Assembly: GCA_963755675.1 (NCBI GenBank)
Contig: CAVWLK010000068.1
Coordinates: forward strand, 58,626 to 122,625
Direction of reading: 5' to 3'
DNA length: 64,000 nt
DNA from: an uncultured Actinomycetes bacterium
GTDB lineage: Bacteria; Actinomycetota; Thermoleophilia; Gaiellales; JAICJC01
A program made the position numbers and the translations under genes. The notes under the pieces are model-generated. The model searched no databases. It was given only the letters and a program-made list of their open reading frames with translations, and was not told the origin of the DNA. Positions 1 to 9,586 of this stretch are shown here, in pieces (positions within the stretch are counted from its first letter, which is position 1; every line of letters starts with the position of its first letter).

Positions 1-1
1 T

Positions 2-811
2 CCCCCAGCCGCGCAGACGCTCGCGGTCGAGGCCGGTCTCCGATGCGAGCAGGTCGAGCCGCCGTCGGACACGCCGGCCCGGGTGTGGATCGGCGGCCAG
101 GCTGTCGCGGCGGTCGCGCAGGAGCGACGCGAGGTCGAACTCCCGCTCGCCGATCAACGGCTTGGGATCGATCGCGAGCCAGGCTGCGCGCTCGGCTCGC
201 AGCACGTTGCCGCCGTGCAGATCCTGGTGGAGCAGCACCTGCTCGCCCTGATCCGGCGCGAGCGTTACCAGCGCGTCGAGCGCCCGGTCGAGCAGCGGGC
301 GTTCGAACGGCCGGCCCAGCGCCTCCCACGCGGTCGGGATCTCCTTCGCCCACTCGCCGGCGGCGGCCGCAAGCGACCGGTGCGGTGAGTCGAGCGGAGC
401 CCACCGCCAGAGCAGCCGAAGCAGGCCGGCCACGACCGTGTTCGCCGCGTCCTCGTCCGCCAGATCCCACAGCGGAGTCCCCGGTCTCGCGCGCTCGAGC
501 AGCAGCATCCCATCGGCGTGGTCGAGCAGCCGAACGGCGCCGCGGCCGTCGTAGTGCCGAAGGCCTTCGGCCTCGTGCCGGTTTTCGGTGTCGGGGATGA
601 ACAGTTTCAGCACGGCCTCGCCACCGTCGGCGCGGGTGGCCGGCGCGACCCAGGAGACGCCGCCGCCGTCCTCGAACACCGGCCCGACCTCGATTCGCCA
701 TCGCGCCTCGCACTCTGCGACCAGGTCGGGCAGTGCCGCCAGCCACTCCCGCGCACGGTCGCCCATCCAGTAGGTCAGATTCTCGGCCAGCTGATGCGGG
801 ATCCTCACCAT
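2..811 (-). CDS. APH(6)/hydroxyurea phosphotransferase-family kinase (3' end outside window)
   Basis: Manual minus-strand translation from ATG at 811: MVRIPHQLAENL...EAVLKL...HEAEGLRHYDGRGAVRLL...LLLER...VLLHQDLHGGNVL...WLAIDPKPLIGEREFD. The HxDLHxxN and AIDPKP motifs are typical of this family. Absent from the ORF track because it runs off the edge. Confidence 0.85.
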   Translation of the reverse strand, partial: MVRIPHQLAENLTYWMGDRAREWLAALPDLVAECEARWRIEVGPVFEDGGGVSWVAPATRADGGEAVLKLFIPDTENRHEAEGLRHYDGRGAVRLLDHADGMLLLERARPGTPLWDLADEDAANTVVAGLLRLLWRWAPLDSPHRSLAAAAGEWAKEIPTAWEALGRPFERPLLDRALDALVTLAPDQGEQVLLHQDLHGGNVLRAERAAWLAIDPKPLIGEREFDLASLLRDRRDSLAADPHPGRRVRRRLDLLASETGLDRERLRGWG

Positions 812-868
812 CGCCCCGACGATAGATCCCCGCGCGGCCGTCGTCCGCTCCGGTACGCTCCCGACTCC

Positions 869-1684
869 ATGAGCGACGGCGCAACCACAACGCTTGGCCT
901 TCTCGGATCCGGCAACATGTCCTCGGCGATGGTGCGCGGGTGGGTGCGGGCCGATCCGGCGATGGCCGGCCGGCTGATGGTGACCGATCGCGGCTCCGGG
1001 CGGGCGGCCGGGCTGGCCCGTGATCACGGCGTCCGCCACGTCGCCGACAACGCCGACCTGGTGCGCGAGAGCGACGTCGTCGTGCTGTGCGTCAAGCCGA
1101 TCGACGTCGAGCGGGTGCTGCGCGAGGTGGGCGAACTGATCACGCCGACCAAGGCGATCGCGTCGGTCGCGGCGGGCGTTCGAACCGCGACGCTGGAAAC
1201 GATCCTGGATGTCGATGCGCCGGTGTTCCGGTTCATGCCCAATGTCGGCGTGCAGGTCGGCATGGGCACGCTGGCGTATTCCGCAGGCCGCTTCATCGAC
1301 ACCAAGGCCGAGCAGACGGTGCTGGACGCGTTCAGCATGCTGGGCGAGATCGTGCCGCTCGAGGAGCGCCAGTTCGACGCCGCCACGGCGCTCTCCGGCT
1401 CGGGGCCGGCGTTCCTGGCGCTGATCGTGGAGGCGTTCGAGGACGCCGGCATCGTCAGCGGGCTGAGCTACACGGATGCACGGCGCCTGATCCTGTCCAC
1501 GATGTCGGGCACCGCGGGGCTGCTGCGCGAGGAGGACGTGCCTTGCAGCGTGCTTCGGCGCATGGTCACCTCGCCCGGCGGCACCGCGGCCGCGGGGCTT
1601 GCGGAGCTCGAGCGACAGAGCACGCGGGGCGCAATCATCGACTGCGTCGTGGCCGCGATGCGGCGGGCGGGGGAGCTGGGATGA
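869..1684 (+). CDS. proC: pyrroline-5-carboxylate reductase
   Basis: GLLGSGNM dinucleotide fold, VKP, RFMPN, ALSGSGPAF, VTSPGGT motifs. Start refined to ATG 869. Confidence 0.95.
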   Translation: MSDGATTTLGLLGSGNMSSAMVRGWVRADPAMAGRLMVTDRGSGRAAGLARDHGVRHVADNADLVRESDVVVLCVKPIDVERVLREVGELITPTKAIASVAAGVRTATLETILDVDAPVFRFMPNVGVQVGMGTLAYSAGRFIDTKAEQTVLDAFSMLGEIVPLEERQFDAATALSGSGPAFLALIVEAFEDAGIVSGLSYTDARRLILSTMSGTAGLLREEDVPCSVLRRMVTSPGGTAAAGLAELERQSTRGAIIDCVVAAMRRAGELG

Positions 1685-1956
1685 TCGATGCCCTCGTTCG
1701 ATTCGTGACGGCGCTCTACTGGGTCTACACGATTCTGATCTTCGTCTACATCCTGATGTCGTGGGTGCGACTGCCCTACAACGTCTGGGTCGGGCGGCTA
1801 CGCGGCTTCCTTCACGACACCGTCGAGCCGTACCTGCGGGTGTTCCGGCGCATGATTCCGCCACTGGGAGGCATGGACCTCTCGCCGATCATCGCGCTGA
1901 TCGTGCTCCAACTCGTCTACCGCGTGATCCTCAACATCCTCTGGGGCTTCCAGTAG
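1681..1956 (+). CDS. yggT: YggT family membrane protein
   Basis: ILMSW...VEPYLRVFRRMIPPLGGMDLSPII signature; overlaps proC stop (ATGA). Confidence 0.93.
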   Translation: MIDALVRFVTALYWVYTILIFVYILMSWVRLPYNVWVGRLRGFLHDTVEPYLRVFRRMIPPLGGMDLSPIIALIVLQLVYRVILNILWGFQ

Positions 1957-1993
1957 CGGGAGGAGTCCATGCGGGCCCGTCGAAACCGCCCAC

Positions 1994-2482
1994 ATGTCAC
2001 TCTCACCGGTAGAACTCAGACACCAGCGTCCAAAGCGGCGCATCCTCGGCTATCGCGTATCCGAAGTCGACCAGATCATGATCGACGCGACCTCGGCATT
2101 CGAGAACGTGTGGCGCGACCGTGCCAACCTCGAGGACAGGGTGCACGAGCTCGAGACCTCGCTGGGCGAGCTGCGCGACACCGAGCAAGCGATGCGCGAC
2201 GCGCTGGTTACCGCGCAGCGCACCGCCGACGAGATGCGCGCACAGGCGTCGCACGACGCCGAGCTGATCGTCCGTGAGGCCGAGGGTCGCGCCCGCGAGA
2301 TCATCCACAAGACCTATGCGGAGCGTGAGCAGGTGCGCCGCGAGATCGAGCGGCTGCGGGCTGACGAGATGCAGTTCCGCGCGAGGCTGCGCTCGCTGCT
2401 CGGTTCGACGCTGCAGTCCGTGCGCGATCACGAAGAGCTGATCGCAGCACCGACGGCGGTCGAGCTGACGGCCGTCTCGTAG
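1994..2482 (+). CDS. divIVA: DivIVA domain cell division protein
   Basis: MSLSPVEL...ILGYRVSEVD N-terminus followed by coiled coil (ALVTAQRTADEMRAQA); GGAGG SD upstream. Confidence 0.9.
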   Translation: MSLSPVELRHQRPKRRILGYRVSEVDQIMIDATSAFENVWRDRANLEDRVHELETSLGELRDTEQAMRDALVTAQRTADEMRAQASHDAELIVREAEGRAREIIHKTYAEREQVRREIERLRADEMQFRARLRSLLGSTLQSVRDHEELIAAPTAVELTAVS

Positions 2483-2491
2483 CCGATCGCG

Positions 2492-3040
2492 ATGTGGCAC
2501 GACATCTTCAGCCTGCCGGTACCAGCGGGCGAGAAGGTCGTGCGCGCGCTGCTGATCTACACGTTCCTGATCCTCGCCTTCAGGCTGGCGGGGAAGCGCG
2601 AGCTGGGGCAGTGGAACACGCTTGACCTGGCCGTGCTGCTGCTGGTGGCGAACGCTGTCCAGAACGGGGTGATCGGGCCTGACAACAGCGTCACGGGGGC
2701 GGTGCTGGGCGCCTCCACGCTGATCGTCGCCAACACGCTGGTATCGCGGGGCGCGTTCTTCTCGCCGACGTTCGCGACCATTCTCGAGGGGTCGCCGACT
2801 GTGTTGATCGAGCGCGGAAGGCTGCAGGTGCGGGCGCTCCGGCGTGAGAACATCTCCCTGCCGGAGCTGCGATCGATCGCCCGCCGCCAGGGCTTCCCCG
2901 ACCTGGGTGCGGTGCACACGGCGGTGCTGGAGACCAACGGCGTCGTCAGCATGTTCCGCGAGGACGAACCTGGCACCTACCATCCCGACGAGCCGGGCGG
3001 CCCGCGGATCGGCAAGCGCCGCCGCCGGCCTGGTCGCTGA
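2492..3040 (+). CDS. DUF421/YetF-family membrane protein
   Basis: RLAGKRELGQWNTLDLAVLLLVANAVQN, EGSPTVLIERG, AVLETNG motifs. Confidence 0.85.
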   Translation: MWHDIFSLPVPAGEKVVRALLIYTFLILAFRLAGKRELGQWNTLDLAVLLLVANAVQNGVIGPDNSVTGAVLGASTLIVANTLVSRGAFFSPTFATILEGSPTVLIERGRLQVRALRRENISLPELRSIARRQGFPDLGAVHTAVLETNGVVSMFREDEPGTYHPDEPGGPRIGKRRRRPGR

Positions 3041-3093
3041 ACCCGCTCTGGCTATACTCGATACGTCCGTTTGGCTCTCCGACCCTGCACCCG

Positions 3094-3387
3094 GTGACCG
3101 ATCTCACGACCCGAATCACGCTGCGAGTCTCGCCTGGAGCACGCCGCTCCGCTGTCGTAGGACGGCACGGCGAGGCCTGGAAGGTGCGGGTTGCAGCGCC
3201 CCCAGTGGACGGCCGAGGTAACAGCGCGCTGCAGGCGCTGCTGTGCCAGGTGCTGGATGTGGGACGCGGACAGCTGCGGATCGTGACCGGCGCCGGCGGC
3301 CGCGACAAGGTCGTGGAGGTGTCGGGTCGTGACGCCGCCGAGGCGGACGCTCTGCTGGCTGCAGCCGCGCGAGGGACGGCGGCGTGA
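3094..3387 (+). CDS. DUF167/YggU family protein
   Basis: LRVSPGARRS...KVRVAAPPVDGRGN...GAGGRDK. Confidence 0.88.
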   Translation: MTDLTTRITLRVSPGARRSAVVGRHGEAWKVRVAAPPVDGRGNSALQALLCQVLDVGRGQLRIVTGAGGRDKVVEVSGRDAAEADALLAAAARGTAA

Positions 3388-3746
3388 GCATCGACGTCGA
3401 CCAGGTACGGATGAGGTTGCTCGACGAGCGCGAGCGCGTGCTGGCCGAAGTGCAGGTGCTCCACGACGATCTCTCGCACTCGATCGAGGAGTCGTTCGAC
3501 GAGGATGGCAACGACTCTCATCTCGCCGACAGCGCTTCGGAGACCGTCGATCGCGAGATCGAGCAGTCGCTCGGCGACAACGCCGAGCACCTGCTGGCCA
3601 GCATCGACCAGGCTCTGGCCAGGCTCGACGAGGGGACCTACGGCAGCTGCGTGCGGTGCGGCGAACCGGTCGGCGACGATCGCCTGGCGGCCCTGCCATA
3701 CGCCGCAAAATGCATCGAATGCAAACGTCTCGAGGAACGGGGCTGA
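3384..3746 (+). CDS. TraR/DksA C4-type zinc finger protein
   Basis: Coiled coil with HLADSASE tip; ALARLDEGTYGSCVRCGE...RLAALPYAAKCIECK. Confidence 0.92.
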   Translation: MSIDVDQVRMRLLDERERVLAEVQVLHDDLSHSIEESFDEDGNDSHLADSASETVDREIEQSLGDNAEHLLASIDQALARLDEGTYGSCVRCGEPVGDDRLAALPYAAKCIECKRLEERG

Positions 3747-4282
3747 TCGAGCAGCTCCCCCCGGTCGAGCCTCCGCCGCAATCGGCGGGCTCGCTCCAAT
3801 GGGCCGGGCTGCTCGCGGTGGTCGCGGCTGTGGTCGCCGCGGACCAGCTCACGAAGCGCCTGATCGTCCGTGAACTGTCGCTCGGCGAGACGCACCGCGT
3901 GGTGCCCGGCGTGGACATCACCCACCTGCGCAACACCGGCATCGCGTTCGGCATCTTCCCTGGGCGGCTGGAGGTGATCACCCTGCTGACGGCGGTCGCC
4001 GTGGTGTGGATGTTCGCCCACTTCGCCCGTGCCGGCGCCCGCCACCCGCTGTTTCCCGTGGCGCTCGGCCTGCTGATCGGCGGCAGCATCTCGAACCTGG
4101 CCGACAGGGTGCGCAACGGCTACGTGACCGACTTCATTCACCTCACGCACTGGCCCACGTTCAATCTCGCCGACACGTTCATCGTGATCGGTGTGGCGCT
4201 GCTGGTGATCGGCCTGGGTCGCGCCGAGCGGCCGCCGGAACCGCTGCGGCCACCCGGGGACACCCCCGGCGAGCTGATCTGA
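3743..4282 (+). CDS. lspA: lipoprotein signal peptidase II
   Basis: DQLTK, NTGIAFG, GGSISNLADR, VTDFI, FNLAD motifs. Start uncertain (overlap with upstream stop assumed). Confidence 0.93.
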   Translation: MIEQLPPVEPPPQSAGSLQWAGLLAVVAAVVAADQLTKRLIVRELSLGETHRVVPGVDITHLRNTGIAFGIFPGRLEVITLLTAVAVVWMFAHFARAGARHPLFPVALGLLIGGSISNLADRVRNGYVTDFIHLTHWPTFNLADTFIVIGVALLVIGLGRAERPPEPLRPPGDTPGELI

Positions 4283-5172
4283 TGCCGCTTGCGATGGTGC
4301 CGGCGGAGGCCGCCGGTCAGAGGCTGGACGGCTTCCTGGCCGCCCGCGAGGAGGTCGGGTCACGCGCTCGGGCGGAGCGGCTGATCGAGGCCGGCGGCGT
4401 GCTGGTGGACGGTGAGCCGCGCCCGAAGTCGTTCCGGCTCGCCGCCGGTGCGGAGGTCAGCTATCCGCAGCCCGAGCAGACGCAGACGCGGCTCGAGCCG
4501 GTCGACATCGAGCTGTCGGTGCTGCACCGCGATGAACACCTGCTGGTGGTCGACAAGCCGGCCGGTCTGCTCGTGCACCCTGTGCCGGGATATCGCGGCC
4601 CGACGCTGGTGCAGGGACTCTTGGGAGAGGTGGGGGGAGATGGCATTCGCCCCGGCATCGTGCATCGGCTCGACCGCGACACCTCGGGACTGCTGGTGGT
4701 GGCACGCGACGACCGCACGCTGGCGCGGCTGCAGTCCGCCCTGCGGCGGCGAAAGATCCATCGCAGCTACGTCGCCCTCGTGCGCGGCCGGCCGCCGTCG
4801 AGGCGGGGCACGATCGAGGCTCCGATCGGGCGCGACCGCCGCGACCCGACCCGCGTCTCGCTCGATTCCGACGTTGCCCGGCCGGCGGTCACCCACTTCG
4901 CGATCGGCGAGGCGCTGACCGGCCGCACGCTGCTCGACGTCGAGCTCGAGACCGGGCGCACGCATCAGATCCGCGTCCACCTGGCAGCCGTCGGCCACCC
5001 GGTCGTCGGCGACCCGGTATACGGCCACGGAGGCGAGCTGGGGCTCGACCGCCAGTTCCTGCACGCGGCCCGCCTCCGCTTCACGCATCCCTGGAGCGAG
5101 CAGGAGCTCGACGTGCGCTCGCCGCTGCCGGCCGATCTTGCGGCGGCGCTCGATCTGGCTCGTATCGGCTAG
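4282..5172 (+). CDS. rluD: RluA/RluD-family 23S rRNA pseudouridine synthase
   Basis: S4 domain (QRLDGFLA), VVDKPAGLLVHP, GIVHRLDRDTSG, LETGRTHQIRVH, GDPVYG. Confidence 0.93.
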   Translation: MPLAMVPAEAAGQRLDGFLAAREEVGSRARAERLIEAGGVLVDGEPRPKSFRLAAGAEVSYPQPEQTQTRLEPVDIELSVLHRDEHLLVVDKPAGLLVHPVPGYRGPTLVQGLLGEVGGDGIRPGIVHRLDRDTSGLLVVARDDRTLARLQSALRRRKIHRSYVALVRGRPPSRRGTIEAPIGRDRRDPTRVSLDSDVARPAVTHFAIGEALTGRTLLDVELETGRTHQIRVHLAAVGHPVVGDPVYGHGGELGLDRQFLHAARLRFTHPWSEQELDVRSPLPADLAAALDLARIG

Positions 5173-5173
5173 A

Positions 5174-5320
5174 TATCATCTACACTCCCCGGGCTTTTTC
5201 TGCCCACCTTCCAACCCGGCGGGTGAAGTGGCGACCGGCGGTGCCTCGATGCAGCTTGGGGCTCCGGACGCCTCCACCGGAGAACATCAATCAACCGATT
5301 CTGCAAGGAGGCGATTGCGC
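5174..5320 (+). promoter_or_regulatory. rpsB promoter and long 5' leader (probable S2 autoregulatory / t44-like leader)
   Basis: TATCAT (5174-5179) and TACACT (5181-5186) -10 candidates, ~135 nt non-coding leader with GGCGGTGCC and CAACC segments, SD AAGGAGG at 5305-5311. Position matches the known rpsB leader; structure not computed. Confidence 0.55.
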
Positions 5321-6201
5321 GTGCCCGCAGTCACCATGCGAGAGCTGCTCGAAGCCGGAGTCCACTTCGGCCATCAGACGCGGCGCTGGAACCCGAAGAT
5401 GCGCCGGTTCATCTTCGGCGAGCGCGGCGGCATCTACATCATCGATCTGCAGCAGACGATCGTGATGCTCCAGGACGCTTACGACTATGTCCGAAACATC
5501 TCGGAGCGGGGCGGCTCGGTGCTGTTCGTCGGGACCAAGAAGCAGTGCCAGGACGCCGTGGAGGAGCACGCCCGTCGCGTCCAGCAGCCGTACGTCAACC
5601 ACCGCTGGCTGGGCGGCCTGCTGACCAACTACCGCACGATCCAGGACCGGATCGCCGCGCTGCACGAGCTGCGCCGTCAGAAGACGGAGGGCCAGCTCGA
5701 CCTGCTGCCGACCAAGGAGCGCCAGACGACGCTGGCCGAGCTCGAGAAGCTGGAGACCAACCTGGGCGGGCTGGCCGACACGCGCAAGCTTCCCGATGCG
5801 ATGGTCGTGATCGACATGAAGAAGGAGGCGCTGGCCGTACGCGAGGCGCGCCGCCTGAACATCACGGTGATCGGGCTGGTCGACACCAACTGCGACCCCG
5901 ACGACGCCGACTTCATCATCCCCGGCAACGACGACGCGATCAGGTCGGCCGGGCTGATCGTTCGCGTGCTCGCGGATGCCGTGGCCGAGGGACAGATGAA
6001 AAGGTGAGGGCGGCCGAGATGGAGGCCGCGGCAGCGGCCGCCGCCGAGGCTGAGGCGGCTGCCGAGGCCGAAGCCGCCGCGGCCGAGGCTGCAGCAGAAG
6101 CCGCCGCGTCAGAGGATGTCACGGCCGGTGAGCCGGAGGCCGTCGCGGTGCCGGCAGCGACCGAGGAACCAACCGCAAGCGAGGACGAGAAGAGTGAGTG
6201 A
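5321..6201 (+). CDS. rpsB: 30S ribosomal protein S2 with Ala/Glu-rich tail (one apparent +1 frameshift in A-run at ~5999-6002)
   Basis: LLEAGVHFGHQTRRWNPKM, LFVGTKKQ, RWLGGLLTN, VDTNCDPD, IPGNDDAIRS; the tail VRAAEMEAAAAAAAEAE... continues in another frame up to tsf. Confidence 0.95.
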
Positions 6202-6814
6202 CGTGGCGTACAAGCCGAGCGCGGCCGAGGTGAAGCAGCTCCGGGAGGAGACCCAGGCCGGGATGATGGACTGCAAGCGCGCGCTGGAGGAGACCCAGGG
6301 CGACATGGACGCCGCCAAGAAGTGGCTGCGCGAGAAGGGGCTGGCGTCGGCCGGCAAACGCGCCGGGCGCGGCACCGGCCAGGGCGCGATCGAGAGCTAC
6401 ATCCACGCCACCGGCACAATCGGCGCGCTGGTTGAGGTCGGCTGCGAGACCGACTTCGTCGCCCGCAACGACACGTTCAAGGCGTTCACGCGAGACGTGG
6501 CGCTGCAGGTCGCGGCCGGCCGCAACCTCCAGTTCGTGTCGGAGGACGAGATCTCTGATGAGTTCAAGGCACTGGAGCTCGAGATCTACCGCGGCAAGGC
6601 GATCTCCGAGGGCAAGCCCGAGCAGATGGTGGACAAGATCGCCGAGGGCATGTGGAACAAGTCCCTGGTCGACATCGTGCTGCTCAACCAGCCCTCGATC
6701 AAGCCCGAGCACGACGGCAAGACGATCGACACCCTGCGCGCCGAGCTGTCCGGCACGATCGGCGAGAACATCGAGATCAAGCGCTTCGCGCGGTTCGAGG
6801 TGGGCTCAGAGTGA
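6194..6814 (+). CDS. tsf: elongation factor Ts (short form)
   Basis: [44 protein letters not shown]. Start at GTG 6194 or 6203. Confidence 0.96.
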   Translation: MSDVAYKPSAAEVKQLREETQAGMMDCKRALEETQGDMDAAKKWLREKGLASAGKRAGRGTGQGAIESYIHATGTIGALVEVGCETDFVARNDTFKAFTRDVALQVAAGRNLQFVSEDEISDEFKALELEIYRGKAISEGKPEQMVDKIAEGMWNKSLVDIVLLNQPSIKPEHDGKTIDTLRAELSGTIGENIEIKRFARFEVGSE

Positions 6815-7566
6815 GCTCGTCACCCGCCTTCAGCCGGGTGTTGCTGAAGCTGTCCGGAGAGGCGTTGATGGGCGAACGCAGCTACGGCCAGGATCCCGAG
6901 CGGATCGCCGCCATCGCGCGCGCGGTGCAGGAGGTGCAGCAGACCGGCGTCGAGATCGCGATCGTGGTCGGCGGCGGCAACATCCTGCGCGGCACGCAGG
7001 AGGCGGCGCGAGGGATGGACCGGGCGACGGCCGACTACGCCGGCATGCTGGCGACCGTGCTGAACGCGCTCACCGTGCAGGACGCGCTCGAGAAGCTGGG
7101 CGTGTTCACACGCGTGATGTCGGCCATCGACGTTTCCGAGGTGGCCGAGCCCTATATCCGCCGGCGGGCGATCCGTCACCTCGAGAAGGGGCGAGTGGTG
7201 ATCTTTGCCGCCGGCACCGGCAATCCGTACTTCACGACCGACACGGCGGCCGCGCTGCGGGCGCTCGAGATCGCCGCCCAGGCGATCCTGATGGGCAAGA
7301 ACGGTGTCGAGGGCGTACTGGATGCCGACCCGCGTACCAACCCGCAGGCGCAGCTGATCCCGCAGCTGACCCATATCGAGGCGATCGAGCGAGGACTGCG
7401 GGTGATGGACACCACCGCCCTCTCGCTGTGCATGGACAACGGGCTGCCGCTGTACGTGTTTAATCTCGACGACGAGCACAACATCGCCCGCATCGCGCGC
7501 GGCGAACGGCTTGGAACCATCATCTCGAGCGTCCCTGGAGGTCTCCCCGTGCAGGTGCCACAATGA
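6811..7566 (+). CDS. pyrH: UMP kinase
   Basis: [41 protein letters not shown]. Confidence 0.97.
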   Translation: MSSSPAFSRVLLKLSGEALMGERSYGQDPERIAAIARAVQEVQQTGVEIAIVVGGGNILRGTQEAARGMDRATADYAGMLATVLNALTVQDALEKLGVFTRVMSAIDVSEVAEPYIRRRAIRHLEKGRVVIFAAGTGNPYFTTDTAAALRALEIAAQAILMGKNGVEGVLDADPRTNPQAQLIPQLTHIEAIERGLRVMDTTALSLCMDNGLPLYVFNLDDEHNIARIARGERLGTIISSVPGGLPVQVPQ

Positions 7567-8120
7567 TCGACGACGTCCTCACCGACGCCTCTCGCCGCAT
7601 GGACAAGACGGTCGAGGCGACCAAGCACGAGTTCACCACCATCCGCACCGGTCGCGCCTCCGCGGCGCTGCTGGAGCGAGTGCAGGTGAACGCCTACGGC
7701 ACCAAGATGCCGATCAACCAGGTGGCCACGATCGGCGTGCCTGAGCCGCGGCTGCTGACGATCACGCCGTTCGACAAGTCGATCATGCGCGACATCGAGA
7801 AGGCGATCATGGAGTCGGACCTGGGCCTGACGCCGGCCAACGACGGCCAGATCGTGCGGCTGCCGATTCCGCAGCTGACCGAGGAGCGGCGCAAGGAGCT
7901 GGTGAAGCAGGTGCGGCACCTGGCCGAGGAGGGCCGCGTGGCGGCGCGAAACGTGCGCCGCGACGCGCTGCACCATCTCAAGGAGGCCGAGAAGAACGGC
8001 GAGACCGGCTCGGACGAGGTGCACCGCGCGGAGGACCGGCTGCAGAAGGTGACCGACGAGCACATCCACTCGATCGACGCGGCGCTGAAGGCCAAAGAGG
8101 CCGAGATCATGGAGGTCTAG
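7563..8120 (+). CDS. frr: ribosome recycling factor
   Basis: [44 protein letters not shown]. Confidence 0.97.
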   Translation: MIDDVLTDASRRMDKTVEATKHEFTTIRTGRASAALLERVQVNAYGTKMPINQVATIGVPEPRLLTITPFDKSIMRDIEKAIMESDLGLTPANDGQIVRLPIPQLTEERRKELVKQVRHLAEEGRVAARNVRRDALHHLKEAEKNGETGSDEVHRAEDRLQKVTDEHIHSIDAALKAKEAEIMEV

Positions 8121-8121
8121 G

Positions 8122-8149
8122 GCGGCACTGCCGCACCCCGTCGTGCCGC
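8122..8149 (+). terminator. possible hairpin terminator after frr
   Basis: GCGGCAC/GTGCCGC inverted repeat followed by GCGTTT; long loop. Confidence 0.35.
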
Positions 8150-8198
8150 GCGTTTCGACGTTGGGTGACTCCAATCTTCGCTGGTTAGCGTTGGCGGG

Positions 8199-8717
8199 GT
8201 GAAGGACGCGATCTACGTCGTCGGCGGCTTGGTGGTCGTCGCCTTCTTCATCGTTCGCCAGCGGCGCAGCGACCGGTTCAGGGAGCGCTCGCTGCTGTTT
8301 CCGCTCGGGCTCGGGATCTACGGTGGGGTGCTGCTGAACGACACCGCCAAACGGCATCCTCTCACCCCTGGCTCGGCCGCACTGCTGTCGATGAGCGCGG
8401 TGGCATCGGTTGCCTTCGGCGTCGTGCGGGGACGGACGATCGAGCTTTCGGTGCGCGATGGAGAGCTGTGGGAGCGAGCGACCTGGACGACCATCGTCGC
8501 CGGATGGGGCGGACTGCTCGTGGTCCGCGTCGGCCTGATCATCGCCGCCACCGCGGTTGGAGCGGAGCTGGCGGCGTCCGCCACCTCGATCCCGCTGATG
8601 CTGGCGATCACCCTGGCGACGCAGATGATTGTGGTGCGGCAACGGGCGAGGCGGACCGGGGTCGCGATCGCCCCGGCCGCGCGGCGCCCGCGCCGCCGGC
8701 GGCGAGCGGACATGTAG
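8199..8717 (+). CDS. hypothetical membrane protein (DUF1453/CcdC-like)
   Basis: About five hydrophobic helices, GVVRGRTIEL...DGELWERA pattern, Arg-rich C-terminus. Family assignment tentative. Confidence 0.65.
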   Translation: MKDAIYVVGGLVVVAFFIVRQRRSDRFRERSLLFPLGLGIYGGVLLNDTAKRHPLTPGSAALLSMSAVASVAFGVVRGRTIELSVRDGELWERATWTTIVAGWGGLLVVRVGLIIAATAVGAELAASATSIPLMLAITLATQMIVVRQRARRTGVAIAPAARRPRRRRRADM

Positions 8718-8827
8718 GTGCCACATGCGGTCGCTGCTGCCTCATGCTACGCCCGCGATCGGCTTAGATATGCGGTGATGGCGGACTTCCCTCAATGGTC
8801 GGAGCCGACGTGTCCAGGCACGGCGGA

Positions 8828-9586
8828 GTGACCCTCACCTCCGCCCGTCTTCGCCGACTGTTCCGCCTTCGCCGTGCCGCATCTCAGGACGAGCCGATGG
8901 CGGACTCTGCGGCCACGGTTGCGATCATCATGGACGGCAACGGCCGCTGGGCGCGGCGGCGGGGGCTGCCGCCGCTGGCCGGCCACCGGGCGGGCACCAA
9001 GGCGCTTCGCCGCACCGTCGAGGCTGCGCCCGACCTGTGCGTCCGCAGCCTGGTGGTGTACGCCTTCTCGACCGAGAACTGGGGCCGTCCGCCGCAGGAG
9101 GTCGACGACCTGATGGAGCTGTTCGCCGACACGATCCGCGACGAGTTCCCCGACCTGCATCGCCAGGGCGTGCGCGTGCGGTTCGTCGGCAGGCGCGACC
9201 GCTGCCCAGCCTCGCTACTCGAGCTGATGGAGGACATCGAGCGGAGAACGGTCGACAACACACGGCTCGACCTGTGGGTCGCGTTCGACTACGGCGGCCG
9301 CGGCGAACTGGTCGATGCGGCGCGGGCGCTGATGCGGGAGGGCGTTTCGCCCGAGCAGGTTGACGAGGACGCCCTCCGCGCGCACCTGTACGCTCCGCAG
9401 ATGCCCGACCCGGACCTCGTGATCCGCACCAGCGGCGAGCTCCGCGTCTCGAACTTCTTGCTGTGGCAGGCGGCGTACGCCGAGTACCACTTCACCTCCA
9501 CCCTGTGGCCCGACTTCGGCGGCGAGCAGTTGCAGGAGGCGCTGGACGCCTACGTCACCCGCCGGCGGCGATTCGGCCGCAGGTGA
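8828..9586 (+). CDS. uppS: undecaprenyl/polyprenyl diphosphate synthase
   Basis: AIIMDGNGRWA, YAFSTENWGRP, YGGRGE, PDLVIRTSGELRVSNFLLWQ, RRFG. Start uncertain (8828 or 8897). Confidence 0.95.
   Translation: MTLTSARLRRLFRLRRAASQDEPMADSAATVAIIMDGNGRWARRRGLPPLAGHRAGTKALRRTVEAAPDLCVRSLVVYAFSTENWGRPPQEVDDLMELFADTIRDEFPDLHRQGVRVRFVGRRDRCPASLLELMEDIERRTVDNTRLDLWVAFDYGGRGELVDAARALMREGVSPEQVDEDALRAHLYAPQMPDPDLVIRTSGELRVSNFLLWQAAYAEYHFTSTLWPDFGGEQLQEALDAYVTRRRRFGRR

Noticed and set aside
6008-6110. GCC/GAG tandem-repeat-like DNA
   Set aside because: Explained as the codons of the Ala/Glu-rich S2 tail.
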